Shown here piece by piece: positions 45,380-50,626 of a DNA stretch of 50,626 bases (the stretch's first letter is position 1; the number at the start of each line of letters is the position of its first letter). The position numbers and the translations under genes are program-made. A model generated the notes under the pieces. The model did not search any database and was not told the origin of the DNA. It saw nothing but the letters and a program-made list of their open reading frames with translations. Origin of the DNA: Bacteroidia bacterium (GTDB lineage: Bacteria > Bacteroidota > Bacteroidia > AKYH767-A > OLB10); assembly GCA_039914625.1 (NCBI GenBank), contig JBDSOU010000158.1, positions 1 to 50,626 on the forward strand, in the 5' to 3' direction.

Positions 45380-45411
45380 CCTTCCTGCTCACTTCTAAAC
45401 CACCAATAATT

Positions 45412-48400
45412 ATGCGCTTCTTAAAATTAAATCCAAAGCTGCTTGCAGCGATGTGCATACTTGTGTATGCTTGTACCAATGACAAAAACCTTGTCAGGTT
45501 TACCGAAAAAAACTTTTCAGATGAAATCGAATTGCAGCAAAATCTCGTTTTCACGTTTGATCAGGACCTGTGCCCTGATTCTCTAATCAACCGGTGGGAC
45601 TCTGTTCAGTATGTTAAAATCACACCGCCAGTAAAAGGATCGTTCATGTTCATATCAAAACGTGAATTGCAATTTTCACCTGCATTACGTTTTGACCCCT
45701 GCATGAAATATCATGCGGAAATCACCACTGAGTTGCTCCGTTATTCGGGCAAAGATCTGCACCTGGAAAAGATACTTGCCTTTGAATTTCATACACCGTA
45801 TTTGAAAATAGAAGTTGCAGATGCATTCTGGGTGCGATCAGATAAAGGTGCTGATAAGATTGCAATGACAGTTAATATAGGTTTTAACTATCGGGTTGAA
45901 CCCGGAGAGATCAGCAGGCTCCTGAAATTTTCTGCTAACAAAACTGAAATGCCATTTACTATGGTTACAAATTCTGTTGATCATGTGATGGTAATAAAAG
46001 TAGATGGGTTGGATAAGTCGCTTGCTGAAAAAACAGAAATTGAATTAAAAATTGAAAAAGGTTTGCGCTGTGCTGATGCTGAAAAATATATTACAGATGC
46101 TTCACTCGTTTTTTCACAGACTGTCCCATCTCCTGCAAAGCTTGATATCATGCAGGTGCAGGCGAACAATACAGAAATTACAGAAACTTTCATTGAAGTA
46201 AATACCAACCAGGCTGTGGAAAAGGAAGGCATTCAAAAACTGATTACCATAAAACCTTCTGTGCAATTTAAAATTGAAGATAACGATAACGGATTTAGCA
46301 TTATTGGTGCATTTGAATCAGGAAAAACTTATGAACTCAATATTTCAAAAAAGTTGAAAGGAATTTTAGGTGGTGAAATGTTGAATGATCATTTGTCAAT
46401 TGTTCTGTTTGGTCAATTGAATCCATCGCTCTCATTTGCTTCAAAAAAAGGAATTTATCTTTCATCCAAAAGTTCTAAGAAAGTAGGGATAAATATTGTG
46501 AGCCTTCCAAAGATTCAACTCAGGGTGACAAAAATTTATGAGAACAACATTCTGCAATACATGAGGAACAATCGTTATTCCGAATATTATGGGGAAGGAG
46601 AAGGTGATTATTACGGTTATAATTATAATGATTATAATCTTGAGCAAGTGGGTGACGTGGTTATGGACCAGGAGTATGAAACAAAAAATCTTCCCAATCA
46701 AAGCGGTGTGAATTTGCTAAGTGTTGACTTTGAAGATCAGAATAATTTCAAAGGTGTTTATCTTGTCCGCGTTTCTTCTAAGACCGATTATTATTTGCGT
46801 GCGAATAAATTAGTTTCTATTTCTGACATTGGTATCATTACAAAACAAACCGATGATGAAGTTTATGTTTTTGCAAATTCAATCATGAACATGGAACCCA
46901 TGAGCGGAGTTAAAATAAATTTTACCAGCACCAATAACCAGGTACTCGGAACTGCAACTACTAACAATGAAGGCGTAGCAGTATTAACCGGAATAAAAAA
47001 TAAATTTCCGAAATTCAATCTCGGACTTATCACAGCTCGTGCAGGAAATGACTTTAATTATCTTTTATTCAGTGATACACGAGTGGAAAATTCACGGTTT
47101 GATGTCGGAGGCTTGCGAAATAATGCATCCGGATACCAGGCTTTTATTTATGGTGACCGTGAAATTTATCGCCCCGGTGAAACAGTTCATATTAACACTA
47201 TTCTTAGAAACGATCAGTGGAAAACTGTTTCGGATATACCCATGAAGCTTAAATTTATAATGCCTAACGGAAAAGAGCTGACAACCATAAGAAAGAATTT
47301 GAATCATGAAGGAGCATTTGAGTCAACAATTGAATTGCCGGTTGCTGCTGTGACTGGGTTTTACAACATTCAGGTTTATACCGGCAATGATGTATATGTC
47401 GGAGATAAGACTATCAATGTGGAAGAATTTATACCTGACAGAATTAATGTGGTGCTGAGTACAAATAAAAATCTTTATGACTTAAACGATTCAGTTACTA
47501 TAAATGCAAATGCAGTAAATCTATTTGGTCCGCCTGCTGCCGGAAGAAATTTTGAGATTGACTATTCCCTTTCGAAAAAATGGTTCACTGCGAAAAATTA
47601 TCCGGAATACAATTTCAATATACAGGGAACTAAGAAATTAAATTTTCCTCACCAGGTGCGCCAGGGAAAAACGGATAAGGAAGGTAAGCTTTCTGAAAAA
47701 TTTACAATTGATCCGGCATATAAGGATGCGGGAATGTTATCCGGGAAAATTCTTGTTACAGTTTTCGATGAAACGGGAAGACCGGTTAATCGCATCAGCA
47801 ATTTTGATGTGAAGACACAGGAACTATTTTACGGAATTAAAATTCCGGATTATTATGTGGATGCAAGAAAAAGCATGCAGATTGGTTTGATAGCTTTGAA
47901 TAGAGATGGAGTGGCAGTTGACAATAGTGAAGCACATGTTCAGGTTATAAAAAACTACTGGCACAGTGTGATGCAGCGGGATTATGATAATCATTACCGT
48001 TATGTGTCACAGCGCGAAGAAAAAATACTTTCGGACAAAATTTTGAAAGTGACAAAAACAGGTTTGGTTTTTAATTTCACTCCCAACGAAAGCGGTGAGT
48101 ATCTGGTGCGAGTCAGAAGGCCGGGATCAGAAAAATATGTTGAGAGTTATTTTTATGCTTACGGCTGGGGCTATACGCAAAATACTTCTTTCGAAGTCAA
48201 CAACGAAGGACAGGTGGACATCAGCTTCGATAAAGAAAAATACAACCCGGGTGATGCAGCAAAAATATTATTTAAAACTCCTTTTGCGGGAAAAATGCTG
48301 GTTACAATTGAGCGTGATAAAATTTATGAATACTATTATCTCACCACTGACAAACGCGCTGCATCACTGACTTTACAAATAAAAGATTCGTATTTGCCAA

Positions 48401-50626
48401 ATGTATATATCACAGCAACATTATTCAAACCGTTGAGTGATGATGCCATTCCATTAACAGTTGCACATGGTTTCGCTCCGCTGTTTGTAGAGAAAGCTTC
48501 GGACAAGTTGCCCGTAACAATTGTTGCAGTGGAGAAATCCCGCTCGAAAATAAAACAAAATATAACCGTAAAAACAATTGCAAAGTCTGACGTTGAAATA
48601 ACGGTTGCAGTTGTTGACGAAGGAATCATGCAATTAAAAAATTCGAAGACTCCTGATCCATACGGATATTTTTACCAGAAGCGCGGACTTGAAGTGAATG
48701 CGTATGATGTATATCCCTATTTGCTTCCCGATTTAAAATTAAAACGCAGCAGCACAGGCGGTGACGGTTATGATTTGCAAAAACGTGTAAACCCTCTCAG
48801 TAATAAACGTGTGAAGTTAGTTGCTTACTGGAGTGGAATTTTGCACACTAACTCTTCAGGTGAAGCAACCTGTTCTGTTGACATTCCGCAATTCTCCGGT
48901 GATCTTCGTGTAATGGCAGTTGCATATAAAGACCGTTCTTTCGGAAGTGCAGAAAAACATATCAAGGTTGCTGATCCGCTTGTCATCAGCGCTTCCATTC
49001 CGAGATTTTTAAGCCCGGGTGATACCTTGTACATGCCTGTTACACTTACTAATACCACATCAAAAGAAATGAATGCAAATGCAGCTCTTGAATTCTCAGG
49101 TTTGCTTTTTGCAGTTGGTAATTCGCAGCAAAATGTTGTGATTCCCCCGAACAGTGAAAAGCGTGTCAGTTTCAAGGTGTATGCGGAGCCGTCAGTTGGC
49201 GAAGCAAGCATTGAAGTGGTTTGCAATGCTGCGGGTTCATCTTATTCTGACAAAACGGATATTACTGTTCGTCCTGCTGCATCGTTGCAGAAAATAAGTG
49301 ACAATGGCGTGATAGCCGGGGGCAGCTCGAAAACAATCAACCTGAATTCAAATTTCATTCCGTCATCTATAGCCGGAAAATTATTAATCAGTAAATCACC
49401 GATGGTTCAATTTACTGACGATCTCGAATATTTGCTTGACTATCCTTATGGATGCGTGGAGCAAACTACTTCCACTGTTTTTCCACAGTTGTATTTTGCT
49501 GATCTTATTCAAAACATAAAAAACAAACCCGGACATCCGATAAATATTTCGCGTAATATACAAGCCGGTATGGCCCGTCTTCAAAGCATGCAGATGTATA
49601 ATGGCGCATTAACCTATTGGCCAGGTGCTGACAATGAATCATGGTGGGGAACATGTTATGGCGGACATTTTTTATTTGAAGCTAAGATGGCAGGATATGA
49701 TGTGAACCAAAGCGGGCTTGATAAAATGCTGGCTTATCTTTCTACGAAAGTAAAAACCCGTCCTGTTGAAAATTACTATTACTATGACAGAAATCGTATT
49801 CAACAGAAAAAAGTAATTGCAGATAAAAATATTTCTTATTCACTTTATCTGCTTGCTATGTTTGGCAGAGCTGATATTCCAACTATGAACTATTATAAAA
49901 CAAAAACAAGTGAAATGGCGCTCGATTCAAGGTACATGCTTGCAGCATCTTATCTTGCAGTTGGTGATCGTAAGAGTTACAATGAACTGCTACCCGGTTC
50001 ATTTTCGGGAGAAGAATCCATCAGGTGTTCTGGAGGGAACTTTTATTCGTACGTGCGTGATGAAGCCATTTCACTAAATGCCATGCTCGAAACTGATCCT
50101 GACAATCCGCAAGTGGCTGTGATGGCGCAGCATTTGTCAACACAGTTGAATAAGCAACAGTGGTATTCTACACAAGAACGTTCATTTTCCTTTCTTGCTC
50201 TTGGAAAATTTGCAAAACGAAATGCTGCAAATACTGTAACGGCATCTATAGCCGCAGATGGAAAATCAATTGCACAATTTAAGGGAGCTGACCTCGTCAT
50301 CAAAAAAGATATAGTGAATAAAAACGTAACTGTAACAACAAGCGGCAAAGGAAACCTCTATTATTTTTGGGATTTCGAAGGACTTGATAAAGACGGCAAA
50401 TTCACTATTGAAGATAAATATTTGCGCATTCGCAAAAACTTTTTTAACCGCTTTGGTCAGCCGGTAACCGGAGCAACTGTTAATCAAAATGATTTAATTG
50501 TCGTGAAGCTAACATTAGAAAATACCGAGCGCAGCTTTGTGGAGAATATAGTGATTACAGATTTGCTTCCGGCAGGATTTGAAATTGAAAACCCGCGTGT
50601 AGGAACTGTTCCTGAATTAAATTGGA
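45412..50626 (+). CDS. bacterial alpha-2-macroglobulin family lipoprotein (thioester-containing), 3'-truncated by the window edge
   Basis: Frame 1 is open from the ATG at 45412 to the window end in the stretches I translated, and no frame-1 ORF end is listed; it is missing from the ORF track because it has no stop. The lipoprotein signal is MRFLKLNPKLLAAMCILVYAC. MG-domain motifs such as YGDREIYRPGETVHI are present. The thioester motif is YPYGCVEQTTS (CVEQ at 49453-49464). Confidence 0.9.
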   Translation, partial: MRFLKLNPKLLAAMCILVYACTNDKNLVRFTEKNFSDEIELQQNLVFTFDQDLCPDSLINRWDSVQYVKITPPVKGSFMFISKRELQFSPALRFDPCMKYHAEITTELLRYSGKDLHLEKILAFEFHTPYLKIEVADAFWVRSDKGADKIAMTVNIGFNYRVEPGEISRLLKFSANKTEMPFTMVTNSVDHVMVIKVDGLDKSLAEKTEIELKIEKGLRCADAEKYITDASLVFSQTVPSPAKLDIMQVQANNTEITETFIEVNTNQAVEKEGIQKLITIKPSVQFKIEDNDNGFSIIGAFESGKTYELNISKKLKGILGGEMLNDHLSIVLFGQLNPSLSFASKKGIYLSSKSSKKVGINIVSLPKIQLRVTKIYENNILQYMRNNRYSEYYGEGEGDYYGYNYNDYNLEQVGDVVMDQEYETKNLPNQSGVNLLSVDFEDQNNFKGVYLVRVSSKTDYYLRANKLVSISDIGIITKQTDDEVYVFANSIMNMEPMSGVKINFTSTNNQVLGTATTNNEGVAVLTGIKNKFPKFNLGLITARAGNDFNYLLFSDTRVENSRFDVGGLRNNASGYQAFIYGDREIYRPGETVHINTILRNDQWKTVSDIPMKLKFIMPNGKELTTIRKNLNHEGAFESTIELPVAAVTGFYNIQVYTGNDVYVGDKTINVEEFIPDRINVVLSTNKNLYDLNDSVTINANAVNLFGPPAAGRNFEIDYSLSKKWFTAKNYPEYNFNIQGTKKLNFPHQVRQGKTDKEGKLSEKFTIDPAYKDAGMLSGKILVTVFDETGRPVNRISNFDVKTQELFYGIKIPDYYVDARKSMQIGLIALNRDGVAVDNSEAHVQVIKNYWHSVMQRDYDNHYRYVSQREEKILSDKILKVTKTGLVFNFTPNESGEYLVRVRRPGSEKYVESYFYAYGWGYTQNTSFEVNNEGQVDISFDKEKYNPGDAAKILFKTPFAGKMLVTIERDKIYEYYYLTTDKRAASLTLQIKDSYLPNVYITATLFKPLSDDAIPLTVAHGFAPLFVEKASDKLPVTIVAVEKSRSKIKQNITVKTIAKSDVEITVAVVDEGIMQLKNSKTPDPYGYFYQKRGLEVNAYDVYPYLLPDLKLKRSSTGGDGYDLQKRVNPLSNKRVKLVAYWSGILHTNSSGEATCSVDIPQFSGDLRVMAVAYKDRSFGSAEKHIKVADPLVISASIPRFLSPGDTLYMPVTLTNTTSKEMNANAALEFSGLLFAVGNSQQNVVIPPNSEKRVSFKVYAEPSVGEASIEVVCNAAGSSYSDKTDITVRPAASLQKISDNGVIAGGSSKTINLNSNFIPSSIAGKLLISKSPMVQFTDDLEYLLDYPYGCVEQTTSTVFPQLYFADLIQNIKNKPGHPINISRNIQAGMARLQSMQMYNGALTYWPGADNESWWGTCYGGHFLFEAKMAGYDVNQSGLDKMLAYLSTKVKTRPVENYYYYDRNRIQQKKVIADKNISYSLYLLAMFGRADIPTMNYYKTKTSEMALDSRYMLAASYLAVGDRKSYNELLPGSFSGEESIRCSGGNFYSYVRDEAISLNAMLETDPDNPQVAVMAQHLSTQLNKQQWYSTQERSFSFLALGKFAKRNAANTVTASIAADGKSIAQFKGADLVIKKDIVNKNVTVTTSGKGNLYYFWDFEGLDKDGKFTIEDKYLRIRKNFFNRFGQPVTGATVNQNDLIVVKLTLENTERSFVENIVITDLLPAGFEIENPRVGTVPELNW

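Overview
AT-rich chromosomal segment that looks like a Bacteroidota genome. Six genes end in Por/T9SS type-A C-terminal sorting domains, there are two TonB paralogues, and the 5'-nucleotidase is split in the usual Bacteroidota way. About 41 protein genes are supportable. Housekeeping calls are prmC, ribD, dnaA, ispH, cmk, an LMW tyrosine phosphatase, a GlcD-like FAD oxidase, prolyl oligopeptidase, an M42 peptidase, a GT4 glycosyltransferase, a RidA-family protein and a YbgC-type thioesterase. These are interleaved with secreted or envelope proteins. A very large thioester-containing alpha-2-macroglobulin lipoprotein gene runs off the 3' edge. I found no CRISPR array, rRNA, transposase, integrase or phage structural genes. 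Main points for follow-up: (1) Twelve exactly in-phase 21-bp tandem repeats at 17187-17438, most keeping an imperfect GCTAA-N4-TTAGC-like palindrome. They sit between a solo LuxR-type HTH gene and an orphan 307-aa gene, and a DUF433 antitoxin with a decayed toxin remnant follows. (2) An 870-aa protein with an unusual domain order: class III nucleotidyl cyclase, TM, PEGA-like, FGE-sulfatase/SUMF1-like, alpha/beta-hydrolase. (3) A tRNA-Thr(CGT)-like gene whose 5' acceptor strand is separated from the rest by a 106-nt structured insertion flanked by TA. (4) Short heptamer-repeat families, (AATTGGT)n and (AAACTTT)n, that occur both between genes and in frame inside coding sequences (prmC and a T9SS cargo gene). 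(5) A J-domain gene with no canonical start codon, a relic T9SS tail after a stop codon, and a 508-bp intergenic region holding an orphan terminator hairpin. All family calls come from motif recognition by eye; no database search was run.
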